DNA of 64,000 bases from Nitrospirota bacterium (GTDB lineage: Bacteria; Nitrospirota; JACRHJ01): positions 16,703-80,702 of the forward strand of contig DAHWTK010000001.1 in the NCBI GenBank assembly GCA_027328825.1, given 5' to 3'. Shown one piece after another: positions 9,221-17,620 of this stretch. The first letter of the stretch is position 1; each line of letters opens with the position of its first letter. The position numbers and the translations under genes were made by a program. The notes under the pieces were generated by a model that worked only from the letters and a program-made list of their open reading frames with translations, made no database searches and was not told where the DNA came from.

Positions 9221-11308
9221 TTATGAATATTTTGCCGCCGCCCTCTTTTTCGGCGCAGCGTTTTTCCGGTTTAAGAGCTTCCCGGCGTTCTCGATGATAT
9301 TGTCCGCGGTGAAACCGAACTTCTCCATGTTTACGCTTCCAGGCGCCGATGCCCCGAAACGGTCTATTCCGATGGTTACGCCCGAAGGCCCGGCGTATTT
9401 ATCCCAGCCGAAGACAGAGGCGGCCTCTACCGTTATCCGCGCCGTTACGCCGGGCGGCAGGACCTTGTCTTTGTATTCGCGGGGCTGCATCTCGAACGTC
9501 TCGCGGCATGGCATACTCACCACCCTTGCGGCCACGCCCTCGCCGACGAGTCTCTCATAGGCCTCAAGGGCTGTGTGAACCTCCGAGCCCGTAGCGATAA
9601 TGACAATTTCCGGACGCCCTTTCGGGGCGTCGGCCAGAATGTACGCCCCCATGTGAAGCCCTGCTGCCTTGGCGTATTTTTTCCTGTCGATTACGGGAAC
9701 TTTCTGCCGTGTCAGCACGAGCGCTACAGGCCCGTCCTTTTCCAGCAGCGCCGATTTCCATGCCTCGGCGGTCTCATTGGCGTCCGCCGGACGGATTACC
9801 CTTATCCCCGGCATGGCCCGAAGCGACGCAAGCTGCTCTATCGGCTGGTGTGTCGGGCCGTCCTCGCCAAGGGCGACGGAGTCGTGCGTGAAGACGTATA
9901 TAACCTTGACCCGGGATAGCGCGGCCAGGCGGATGGCGGGCCGCATATAATCCGAGAATATCAGAAACGTGGCCGCGAACGGGATAAGACCGCCGTGCAG
10001 CGAAATACCGTTGCTTATGGCCGCCATCGCGTGCTCTCTTACGCCGTAAGCGATATTCGCCCCGCCGTAGCCCCAGTGTCCTGTGACGGCGCCCTGCACG
10101 CCTTCGTCCCCGCCCGCCGGGTTCTGAAAATCTCCCCTTCCGTCCATGGCGGTATTCGTCGAGGGGTCGAGGTCTCCGGAGCCGCCGATTAGAGACGGGA
10201 TTTTCTCCGCCACCGCGTTAAGCGTCTTGCCGGCGGCGGAGCGCGTGGCAATACCCTTTTTGTCAGGCGGAAAGACCGGAATATCTCCGTCCCAGCCTTC
10301 CGGGAGCTTCGGACCCGTCATCAGCTCCCACTGCGCCAGGAGTTCCGGATATTTCCTGCCGTAGGAACGCATCAGCTCCGTCCATTCCTCCTCCCGACCG
10401 GCGCCTTTCGCCCCCGCCTCGCGGAAGACCTTGAGCGCCTGGTCCGGCACATAGAACACCTCGTCGGGAGGCCAACCCAGATTGTCCTTTGTAAGCCGCG
10501 TCTCTTCGGCCCCAAGTGGCGAGCCATGCGCCTGATAACTGTCCTGCTTGTTCGGGCTTCCGTAGCCCAGGTGCGTACGGACGGCGACAAGCGACGGCCT
10601 GCCCGTCTCCTCCTTCGCCGCCGTGACTGCCCTGGATATTGCGTCCAGGTCGTTTCCGTCCTCCACGCTCTGCGTGTGCCAGCCGTAGGCATCGAAGCGC
10701 TTTATAACGTCCTCCGTGAAGGACAGCTTCGTATCCGCCGAAAGCGTGGTGTGGTTGTTGTCGTATATGTAAATCAGCTTGCCGAGTTTCAGGTGTCCCG
10801 CAAGCGACGCCGCCTCGGAGGCGACGCCTTCCATCAAATCACCGTCGCTCGCTATGGCGAAGGTGCAGTGGTCCACTATCTCGTGTCCGGGACGGTTGAA
10901 AAGGGCGGCCATGTATCGCTCTGCGATTGCCATGCCGACGCCGTTTGCAAAACCCTGGCCGAGCGGCCCCGTCGTACACTCGACCCCGGGGGTATGCCCG
11001 TATTCCGGATGGCCGGGGGTTTTGCTGCCCCATTTGCGGAAGTTCTTTATGTCGTCGAGCGAGAGGTCGTATCCCGTAAGGTAGAGCATTGCGTAAAGAA
11101 GCATGGAGCCGTGCCCGGCGGAGAGGACGAAACGGTCCCGGTCGGCCCAGAGAGGGTTCCTGGGGTTGTATTTCATGAACCTGGTCCACAGGACGTGCGC
11201 AATCGACGCGGTGCCCATGGGCATACCGGGATGCCCGGAGTTTGCGTTTTCGACTGCGTCCACAGCAAGGAAGCGTATCGTGTTGACGCACAGATCCTCA
11301 ATGCCCAT
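9221..11308 (-). CDS. tkt: transketolase
   Basis: TPP-binding region [21 protein letters not shown]-terminal transketolase domains; ORF-track start 11383 may be a 25-codon extension; ATG at 11308 (MGIEDL...) preferred; a GGAGGGG upstream also permits a TTG start at about 11323. Confidence 0.9.
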   Translation of the reverse strand: MGIEDLCVNTIRFLAVDAVENANSGHPGMPMGTASIAHVLWTRFMKYNPRNPLWADRDRFVLSAGHGSMLLYAMLYLTGYDLSLDDIKNFRKWGSKTPGHPEYGHTPGVECTTGPLGQGFANGVGMAIAERYMAALFNRPGHEIVDHCTFAIASDGDLMEGVASEAASLAGHLKLGKLIYIYDNNHTTLSADTKLSFTEDVIKRFDAYGWHTQSVEDGNDLDAISRAVTAAKEETGRPSLVAVRTHLGYGSPNKQDSYQAHGSPLGAEETRLTKDNLGWPPDEVFYVPDQALKVFREAGAKGAGREEEWTELMRSYGRKYPELLAQWELMTGPKLPEGWDGDIPVFPPDKKGIATRSAAGKTLNAVAEKIPSLIGGSGDLDPSTNTAMDGRGDFQNPAGGDEGVQGAVTGHWGYGGANIAYGVREHAMAAISNGISLHGGLIPFAATFLIFSDYMRPAIRLAALSRVKVIYVFTHDSVALGEDGPTHQPIEQLASLRAMPGIRVIRPADANETAEAWKSALLEKDGPVALVLTRQKVPVIDRKKYAKAAGLHMGAYILADAPKGRPEIVIIATGSEVHTALEAYERLVGEGVAARVVSMPCRETFEMQPREYKDKVLPPGVTARITVEAASVFGWDKYAGPSGVTIGIDRFGASAPGSVNMEKFGFTADNIIENAGKLLNRKNAAPKKRAAAKYS

Positions 11309-11477
11309 CTTCTTCAAGTTTAACCCCTCCGAATTTTCCGCAGCCCATTCACTGTAAAAAAACAAGCCTGGCGGCTTTTCCATGTAAGTATATCAGAAAA
11401 ACCTTAATTCAAAGAGGAAATTGCGCCTGCCGACAGCTCCCGCCGTTTCCCGCTTTTGGGTTGCTTTCACCCGCCCG

Positions 11478-11510
11478 CCTGTGCTATATTAACCTCACGC
11501 ATTTCCAGAG
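11478..11510 (+). promoter_or_regulatory. candidate sigma-70 promoter for ahbD (TTGCTT-N18-TGcTATATT extended -10)
   Basis: ttgctttcacccgcccgcctgtgctatatt read directly upstream of the ahbD RBS; coordinates approximate. Confidence 0.35.
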
Positions 11511-11531
11511 TTTTTTGCCGGAGATAAAGGA

Positions 11532-12620
11532 ATGAACATGGATTTTGTCCCGAAATGGATTGCATGGGAAGTTACCCGCCGATGCAACCTCAGCTGTGTC
11601 CACTGCCGCTCGGCGTCCACGACGAACTCCTTCGATACCGCATTTGATACGGACGAGGCCAGGAAACTGCTTGACGACATTGCCGCGTTCTCGGCCCCCG
11701 TAATCGTCCTCTCCGGCGGAGAGCCGCTCCTCAGGGCCGACCTCTTCGAGATTGCCTCGCACGGGACAAAACTCGGCCTTCGGATGTGCATAGCCACGAA
11801 CGGCTTCCTCGTCACGGACGACGTCTGCGGGAAGATGAAAGAGGCCGGGATAAAGATGGTCTCTATGAGTCTCGACGGGTCTGACGCCGGCACTCATGAT
11901 AATTTTCGCGGCCAGCCCGGGGCGTTCGATGGGGTAGTCCGAGCCGCATCCCTTTTCAATAAGCACGGTATCGAATTCCTGATTAATTCCTCCTTTACTA
12001 AGCGTAACCAGAAGGAGATCCCGGAGGTAATGAAGCTCGCCAAGAGCCTGGGCGCGAAGGCGTGGTACATGTTCATGATCGTCCCGACGGGCCGAGGCGA
12101 GGGGATAATGTCCGAGCTTATCAGCAAGGAAGATTACGAGGAGCTTTTGAAATGGCACTACGAAACGGAAAAGCATGAGTCCGAAATCCTCATGCGCCCG
12201 ACGTGTGCGCCGCATTACTACCGCATCGTGCCGCAGATGAATAAACTTGCCGAAGAGGGGGATAAGCTGGAGCGCAGGACGCTGAAATTTTCTACCGGCG
12301 GCTCGAAAGGCTGCCTTGCCGGGCAGGTGATATGCCTCATTACCGCCGAGGGCGAGGTGTATCCTTGCAGCTACTTCCCGCACTCCGCCGGGAACGTCAA
12401 GAAGACGCCGTTCAAGGAGATATGGGAGGGCGCGCCGTTATTCCATGAGCTTCGGGACTTCAAGAAATACAAGGGCAAGTGCGGCGTGTGCGAATATATT
12501 AATGTTTGCGGCGGCTGCCGCGCCCGGGCCGACGCCGTATACGGCGATTATTTGCAGGAAGAGCCGTTCTGCAACTATACCCCGGCAAGGATGAGGAAGG
12601 ATAAGGCGGGGAAAGATTAG
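11532..12620 (+). CDS. ahbD: radical SAM/SPASM-domain protein, AhbD/NirJ-like (putative coprohaem/Fe-coproporphyrin decarboxylase, haem synthase)
   Basis: CX3CX2C (CNLSCVHC) radical-SAM cluster near the N-terminus plus a C-terminal Cys-rich SPASM region (CLAGQVIC...CSYF...[13 protein letters not shown]); sits in a cluster with hemE/hemH. Confidence 0.65.
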   Translation: MNMDFVPKWIAWEVTRRCNLSCVHCRSASTTNSFDTAFDTDEARKLLDDIAAFSAPVIVLSGGEPLLRADLFEIASHGTKLGLRMCIATNGFLVTDDVCGKMKEAGIKMVSMSLDGSDAGTHDNFRGQPGAFDGVVRAASLFNKHGIEFLINSSFTKRNQKEIPEVMKLAKSLGAKAWYMFMIVPTGRGEGIMSELISKEDYEELLKWHYETEKHESEILMRPTCAPHYYRIVPQMNKLAEEGDKLERRTLKFSTGGSKGCLAGQVICLITAEGEVYPCSYFPHSAGNVKKTPFKEIWEGAPLFHELRDFKKYKGKCGVCEYINVCGGCRARADAVYGDYLQEEPFCNYTPARMRKDKAGKD

Positions 12621-12671
12621 CTGTCATTCCGAGCGCAGCTGAGGAATCCACCGTTGATTTAGTTACTTATA

Positions 12672-13223
12672 ATGGCGGAAAAAGAATCACATTCTATAAG
12701 AAACGGAATCATTGCCGGAGTTGTCAGCGGCCTTGTTTTAGCATTAATTTTATCTTCTTTTGTACGCGTTTTAGCAATTAAGATTGTGATGGTATTATGG
12801 GACGGAATTCTTTGGGTGGCACATGTTCTAATATCCACCTATTCCATTCCCGGATGGGTGCTACTAATTATAATCCTATTATCAGTTCCGGGCATAAAAT
12901 CTTTATTTAGAATTGTTAGAAAACAAGAAGAACCGGAGTATAAAAACTTTACAGAAGCCATAATTTTTAGAGCGAAGTGGCGATGGGTTTGGCTTGGAAA
13001 CCGCATTCATAACTTATGGTGTTTTTGTCCAATATGTGATGCAACGCTTGTTTATTCCTATAATGATATTCTTAAAGAGGAAACAAAGTTTTTTTGCGAA
13101 CGATGTAATCGTGTTGTATCAAGTGTACCGGGTGGAGATAAAGAATATGCTGTGAGTGCCGTCACACGCGAAATTGACCGCCTTGTACGAACCAATGAAT
13201 ATAAAAATATCTTGAATAAATAA
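12672..13223 (+). CDS. hypothetical membrane protein with C-terminal zinc ribbon (low-GC, probably horizontally acquired)
   Basis: 183 aa; two hydrophobic helices at the N-terminus, then CFCPICD-x20-CERCNR; roughly 38% GC versus about 60% in flanks; weak RBS. Confidence 0.5.
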   Translation: MAEKESHSIRNGIIAGVVSGLVLALILSSFVRVLAIKIVMVLWDGILWVAHVLISTYSIPGWVLLIIILLSVPGIKSLFRIVRKQEEPEYKNFTEAIIFRAKWRWVWLGNRIHNLWCFCPICDATLVYSYNDILKEETKFFCERCNRVVSSVPGGDKEYAVSAVTREIDRLVRTNEYKNILNK

Positions 13224-13238
13224 TCAGGAGAATTTTTC

Positions 13239-14285
13239 ATGTCCGACTACCGCTTCATAAGCGCCTGCTTCAGTAAACCCGTTGACAGAACTCCGATCTG
13301 GCTCATGCGCCAGGCGGGGCGGTTCATGGAGGAATACCGCGCCGTCCGCGCGAAGGTGGACTTCCTTACGCTCTGCAAGTCCCCGGAGCTATGCACGGAG
13401 GTAACGCTTCAACCTATCGACAAGTTCGGCATCGACGCCGCGATACTGTTCTCCGACATATTAATCCCCGTCGAGGCAATGGGCGTCAAGCTCGACTTCA
13501 ACCCTGCTCCCGTCTTCGAGAAGCCGATACGCACACAGGCGGACGTGGACGCGCTCCGAGTAATCGACCCTCTTGCCGACGTGCCGTTCGTGCCGGAGAC
13601 GGTCAAGATGCTGAGACGCGAGCTTGAATCCCGCAATGTGCCGCTAATCGGCTTCGCCGGCGCGCCCTTTACGCTGGCGAGCTACATGGTCGAGGGCGGC
13701 GGGAGCAGGAGCTTTCGGCACCTGAAGACCATGATGTGGAGCGCGCCGAAGGTCTATCGCTCCCTGATGGAGAAGCTTACAGAGACCGTGATAAAGTATC
13801 TGAACGCGCAGGTGGATGCGGGCGCGCAGGCGATACAGCTCTTCGACACCTGGGGCGGAGTGCTCTCTCCGGCGGATTACCTTAACTTCGTCATGCCGTA
13901 TACGAGGCTCGTCATCCAGGGCATAAAAAAATCGCCGGAAGGCAAGAAGGTCCCGGTAATAAACTTCGTCGGGAACAGCCAGGGTTTCATGCCGCTCGTC
14001 GCGCAGGCGGGCGGGGACGTCATAGGCATCGACTGGCGCATAGACATCGCCGCCGCACGGAGCCAGGTCGGAGGCAAGGCCGTCCAGGGCAACATGGACC
14101 CGGTATTCCTCCTTGCGCCCATCCCGGAGATAGAGAAGCGCGTGAAGGAAATCCTGGCCGCCGCCGGCGATACCGGGCACATATTCAACCTAGGCCACGG
14201 CATAATCCCTGAAACGCCGCCCGACCACGTCAAGGCGCTGGTCGATTTCGTCCACGAGTTTGGTGAGAGCCACAGGGTAAAATGA
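13239..14285 (+). CDS. hemE: uroporphyrinogen decarboxylase
   Basis: 348 aa; PIWLMRQAGR signature; AGGAGAA RBS. Confidence 0.92.
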   Translation: MSDYRFISACFSKPVDRTPIWLMRQAGRFMEEYRAVRAKVDFLTLCKSPELCTEVTLQPIDKFGIDAAILFSDILIPVEAMGVKLDFNPAPVFEKPIRTQADVDALRVIDPLADVPFVPETVKMLRRELESRNVPLIGFAGAPFTLASYMVEGGGSRSFRHLKTMMWSAPKVYRSLMEKLTETVIKYLNAQVDAGAQAIQLFDTWGGVLSPADYLNFVMPYTRLVIQGIKKSPEGKKVPVINFVGNSQGFMPLVAQAGGDVIGIDWRIDIAAARSQVGGKAVQGNMDPVFLLAPIPEIEKRVKEILAAAGDTGHIFNLGHGIIPETPPDHVKALVDFVHEFGESHRVK

Positions 14286-15262
14286 ACGAAAAGGCTGTCC
14301 TTCTTATGACCATGGGAGACCCGTCCGACGTGCGCGGGGTGTTCCCATACCTGATGAAGCTTTTCATGGACCCGAACATCCTGCGGGTGCCGGGGCCGGT
14401 GCGCCCGTTTCTCGCTTTTTATATATCCCTTATGAAAAAAGAGCCTGTGAAGGAGAAATACCAGGCGATAGGCGGCGGCTCCCCGATGGACGCGATTACC
14501 GAAAGGCAGGCCAGCGCGCTCCGCGAGGCGCTGAAGGACAAAAGCATCTTCGTATACCACGCCAACAGGTATACGGCGCCCTCCATACAGGATGCCTACC
14601 GACAAATAAAAAGTCACGGCATTAGAAAGCTCCTTGCCCTTCCTCTGTATCCACACTTCTCGCCCGCGATAACCGGCTCTGGTTTCGGCCTCCTGAAAAC
14701 CCTTGCGGAGAAAGACCCGGACCCGCCGGAGGTTGTATATTACGAAGGCTTCGGCGCGGACACGAGGTTCATAAAGCTTCTTGCGCAGAGAATGCGGGAC
14801 GCCCTGGAAAAACTCCTCAAGGCCATACCCGCCCATGAAGCCGGCGAGCCGGAGCGCCCGATATCCGTGATATTCTCGGCGCACAGCCTGCCGGAAGAGT
14901 TGATAAGCAAAGGAGACCCGTATCTCGACAATGTCATGCAGACCGCCTCGATGCTCCAGGAAGAGCTTGGGGAGATAAGCACGCACGTCGGCTTCCAGAG
15001 CAAGGGACGCGCGGGCATGGAATGGCTGAAGCCCGAGACGGACGAAGTAATAAAGACAGTTGCCGCATCCGGTTCACGCGGCGTGGCAGTCGTGCCCATA
15101 AGCTTCGTCTCCGAGAACGTCGAAACGCTCTACGACTGCGACATCCTCCAGAAATCCCTTGCCGCCTCGCTCGGCATGAAATACGAAAGGTCGAATAGCC
15201 TGGACGACGACCCCGCCTTCATAAATTTCCTCGCGGAACTCGCGCTGGAAAAACTTTCATAA
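14282..15262 (+). CDS. hemH: ferrochelatase (possibly coproporphyrin ferrochelatase)
   Basis: 326 aa ferrochelatase-family sequence; start overlaps hemE stop. Confidence 0.85.
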   Translation: MNEKAVLLMTMGDPSDVRGVFPYLMKLFMDPNILRVPGPVRPFLAFYISLMKKEPVKEKYQAIGGGSPMDAITERQASALREALKDKSIFVYHANRYTAPSIQDAYRQIKSHGIRKLLALPLYPHFSPAITGSGFGLLKTLAEKDPDPPEVVYYEGFGADTRFIKLLAQRMRDALEKLLKAIPAHEAGEPERPISVIFSAHSLPEELISKGDPYLDNVMQTASMLQEELGEISTHVGFQSKGRAGMEWLKPETDEVIKTVAASGSRGVAVVPISFVSENVETLYDCDILQKSLAASLGMKYERSNSLDDDPAFINFLAELALEKLS

Positions 15263-15300
15263 CGTAAGCTGTCCGCCACCCATACGAAAAAGCTTTATGT

Positions 15301-15605
15301 CCGTTATTCCCGCAAAAGCGGGAATCCAGGAATTTGCCTGTCATTCTGCTTTTTCATAACGCCCCCTATGTCCCCCTCTTAATCTTAAGAGGGGGATAAA
15401 GGTAAACCGAACTGTCCACCCGCCTGTCATTCTGAGCCCGTTCGGCTCCGCTCAGGGCAGGCTCCGCGAAGAATCCGCTTCCACTTTCGTCATTCCCGCG
15501 AAGGCGGGAATCCAGGAATTTTGCCTGTCATTCCCGCCCCGGCTCCGGCGGGAATCCAGGCATTTGCCTCTGCCTGTCATTCTGAGCAACGCGAAGAATC
15601 TGTTT
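15301..15605. repeat. cluster of REP-like palindromic repeats (ATTCCCGC-loop-GCGGGAAT hairpins followed by CCAGGNATTTGCCTGTCATTC, plus CTGTCATTCYGAGC...CGARGAATC motifs)
   Basis: hairpin units at about 15306, 15491 and 15532; GTCATTCYGAGC...GARGAATC motif at 15423-15476 and 15572-15600 and again at 12621-12650. Confidence 0.65.
15371..15396. other. perfect 12-bp-arm palindrome TCCCCCTCTTAA-tc-TTAAGAGGGGGA
   Basis: read directly; about 110 nt downstream of hemH stop; could be a terminator-like hairpin or a protein site. Confidence 0.6.
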
Positions 15606-15614
15606 TCTGCTTTC

Positions 15615-15669
15615 GTAGCTGCCCGATTCATCGGGCGGCTTTAAACCGCCCCATAAATGGGGCAGCTAC
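15615..15669. other. structured 55-nt element: outer stem GTAGCTGCCC/GGGCAGCTAC enclosing three small hairpins (CCGAT/ATCGG, GGGCGG/CCGCCC, CCCCAT/ATGGGG)
   Basis: gtagctgcccgattcatcgggcggctttaaaccgccccataaatggggcagctac read directly; the CCGAT/ATCGG arms share the CCC with the outer stem, so the four stems cannot all form at once. Confidence 0.5.
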
Positions 15670-15810
15670 AAAACCGGGAATTGCGGATTTGATTAACTCA
15701 TATCACGCAATAACCGCAAAGAGCAAATATCATCGGTCGGGAAAATTTGCTGTTAGTATCAGTTCTGGATTTCCTCCTCAACATGCCGATTATTAAAATA
15801 AAAATGGGGA

Positions 15811-15925
15811 AAAAGCCAATTTTTCCGGCGGTATCGGGAAGGGTGCGGAAAATGCCAAAAAAAGGCCATTTTGTGCAAAAACCGGGGTGCGGGGAAGGCG
15901 TGTTTTTTATATTCTTGACAACGGA
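15811..15925 (+). promoter_or_regulatory. about 115-nt upstream segment homologous to 32821-32935 (GGCGGTATCGGGAA ... TTTTGTGCAAAAA ... GCGGGGA ... TTGACA)
   Basis: about 75% identity to the segment upstream of tRNA-Leu, same order and spacing of blocks; ends in TTGACA 70 nt before crcB. Confidence 0.5.
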
Positions 15926-15987
15926 ATACCGATTCCAGTAGGCTTAAATGACGGGCAATTTTAGGGCTTGCTTTCGGAGCGGGATTC

Positions 15988-16365
15988 ATGTGGCAGAGGA
16001 TTTTTTTAATTGCGATTGCCGGAGTCGCCGGGACGTTGGCGCGCTACTGGTTTTCCGGTTTTACCTACCAGATACTGGGCGCAAGGTTCGCTTACGGCAC
16101 CCTGGCCGTGAACGTAATCGGCTGTCTCCTGTTCGGAATTGTCTGGGCGCTGGCCGAGGAAAGAATGGCTATTTCCGCGCTTGCCAGAACCGTCATCCTC
16201 GTAGGTTTCATGGGCGCATTCACTACGTTTTCCACCTTCGCCTTCGAGACAATGAGCTACGTCCGGGACAGCCAGTTTACACTTGCTTTTCTGAACGTTG
16301 CAGCGAACTGCGTCCTGGGCTTCGGAGCGATTGTCTCAGGGGTCTGGATTGCCAGGATTCTATAG
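15988..16365 (+). CDS. crcB: fluoride ion channel CrcB/FluC
   Basis: 125 aa, four hydrophobic segments; ...GVAGTLARYW..., FLNVAANCVLGF typical CrcB. Confidence 0.85.
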   Translation: MWQRIFLIAIAGVAGTLARYWFSGFTYQILGARFAYGTLAVNVIGCLLFGIVWALAEERMAISALARTVILVGFMGAFTTFSTFAFETMSYVRDSQFTLAFLNVAANCVLGFGAIVSGVWIARIL

Positions 16366-16373
16366 GGGGAGCG

Positions 16374-16715
16374 ATGAAAATCCCGGAAGAAGCTGAGCTT
16401 TTAAGGATATTCATAGGCGAGTCCGACAGGTATGAAGGCAGGCCGCTCTACGAGGCGATAGTCGAGGAGGCCCGCCGCCAGTGTCTTGGCGGGGCAACGG
16501 TTTTCCGCGGACTCCTGGGCTACGGCGCGCATAGCCGGATGCACACGGCAAAGCTGCTGAGGCTCTCCGAAGACCTGCCGATAATAATCGAGATTGTAGA
16601 CTCTACAGAAAAAATTCAGGGCTTCCTCCCGGACCTCGACCGCATGATGGAGGAAGGCCTCGTAACAGTCGAGCGTGCGAAGGTGTTGGTTTACAGACAC
16701 TCCAAAGAAAAGTAA
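16374..16715 (+). CDS. DUF190 domain protein (crcB-associated)
   Basis: MKIPEEAELLRIFIGESDRYEGRPLYEAIV... 113 aa with GGGGGA RBS; the ORF-track 15948..16715 entry is an upstream read-through overlapping crcB. Confidence 0.75.
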   Translation: MKIPEEAELLRIFIGESDRYEGRPLYEAIVEEARRQCLGGATVFRGLLGYGAHSRMHTAKLLRLSEDLPIIIEIVDSTEKIQGFLPDLDRMMEEGLVTVERAKVLVYRHSKEK

Positions 16716-16726
16716 ACGGGGGAGAA

Positions 16727-17578
16727 ATGTTTCTTAAGATACTGATACTTGCGGCTGTGCAGGGGGCCGCGGAGCTTCTGCCGGTTTCAAGCTCCGCGCA
16801 CGTCATAATCGCCGAGAAACTGATGGGACTCAATCCCACCAGTCCGTCCATGACACTTCTGCTCGTGATGCTGCATACGGGGACTATGTTCGCGGTGATT
16901 ATTTATTTCTGGAAGTCCTGGAAAAGGAGCTTCTTTTCGTCGCGGGAGCGGTTCATAGAAGCGGCGAAGTATATAATAATAGCCACTTTTTTCACCGGCG
17001 TGGTTGGCCTTGCGCTGAAATATATAATCGAAAAATACATGCTCCGGGGCATCCCGCACGCGCAGATTGAGCTTATTTTCGGCAACATGACGCTTATTTC
17101 CGTGTCCCTGGCAGCGGTGGGGGTTATGATAATAATCGCGGGGCTGGCGAAGAAAAAACCCTGGAAAATAAAAAAGTTGGGAACGCGCGAATCCTCGGTT
17201 ATAGGGGCCGTGCAGGGCCTATGCCTGCCTTTTCGGGGGTTTTCCCGTTCAGGCGCGACAATATCAGCCGGGCTCCTTCTGAACATGGCGAAGGAGAAGT
17301 CCGAGGAATTCAGTTTCGCGCTCGCTGTCGTCCTTACGCCGCCGGTTGTCGTAAGGGAGGTCTGGAGGATGGTAAAGGCAAAGGAAATGACGTCCCGGGC
17401 GATAGACTTCGGGATATTCTATCCGAGCCTGGCGGGGATGGTTTTCAGCTTTATCTCCGGCCTGCTCGCGCTCGCATGGCTTTCCAACTGGCTTGAGAAG
17501 GGCAAATGGCAGATATTCGGCTTTTACTGCATCTTTGCCTCGGCGGTCGTTTTCACGCTGCACAGGATGGGTTACTAA
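16727..17578 (+). CDS. uppP: undecaprenyl-diphosphatase
   Basis: 283 aa; AELLPVSSSAH signature of BacA/UppP; multi-pass membrane protein. Confidence 0.9.
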   Translation: MFLKILILAAVQGAAELLPVSSSAHVIIAEKLMGLNPTSPSMTLLLVMLHTGTMFAVIIYFWKSWKRSFFSSRERFIEAAKYIIIATFFTGVVGLALKYIIEKYMLRGIPHAQIELIFGNMTLISVSLAAVGVMIIIAGLAKKKPWKIKKLGTRESSVIGAVQGLCLPFRGFSRSGATISAGLLLNMAKEKSEEFSFALAVVLTPPVVVREVWRMVKAKEMTSRAIDFGIFYPSLAGMVFSFISGLLALAWLSNWLEKGKWQIFGFYCIFASAVVFTLHRMGY

Positions 17579-17620
17579 CGGGCTTTAAATCCGGGGCCTT
17601 AAAAATAAGCTCCCCTTGTA

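Noticed and set aside
12605-12671. Terminator after ahbD
   Set aside because: The CTGTCATTCCGAGCGcagctGAGGAATCC sequence has no stable stem or T-run. It belongs to the dispersed GTCATTC repeat family rather than being an intrinsic terminator.
15301-15605. Possible CRISPR array
   Set aside because: The repeat units are irregularly spaced (about 190 nt, then adjacent), of different lengths, and not separated by unique spacers of uniform size. They fit REP/BIME-type elements better. No cas genes are in the window.
15890-15987. Fluoride riboswitch (crcB motif) expected upstream of crcB
   Set aside because: I looked for the conserved GGCGATGG...CCGCC / CUGAUGAUGCCUAC core in the 200 nt before crcB and did not find it. 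The nearby GGCGGTATCGGG string is part of an element that is duplicated upstream of tRNA-Leu, which a riboswitch would not be. A covariance-model scan (Rfam RF01734) would settle it.
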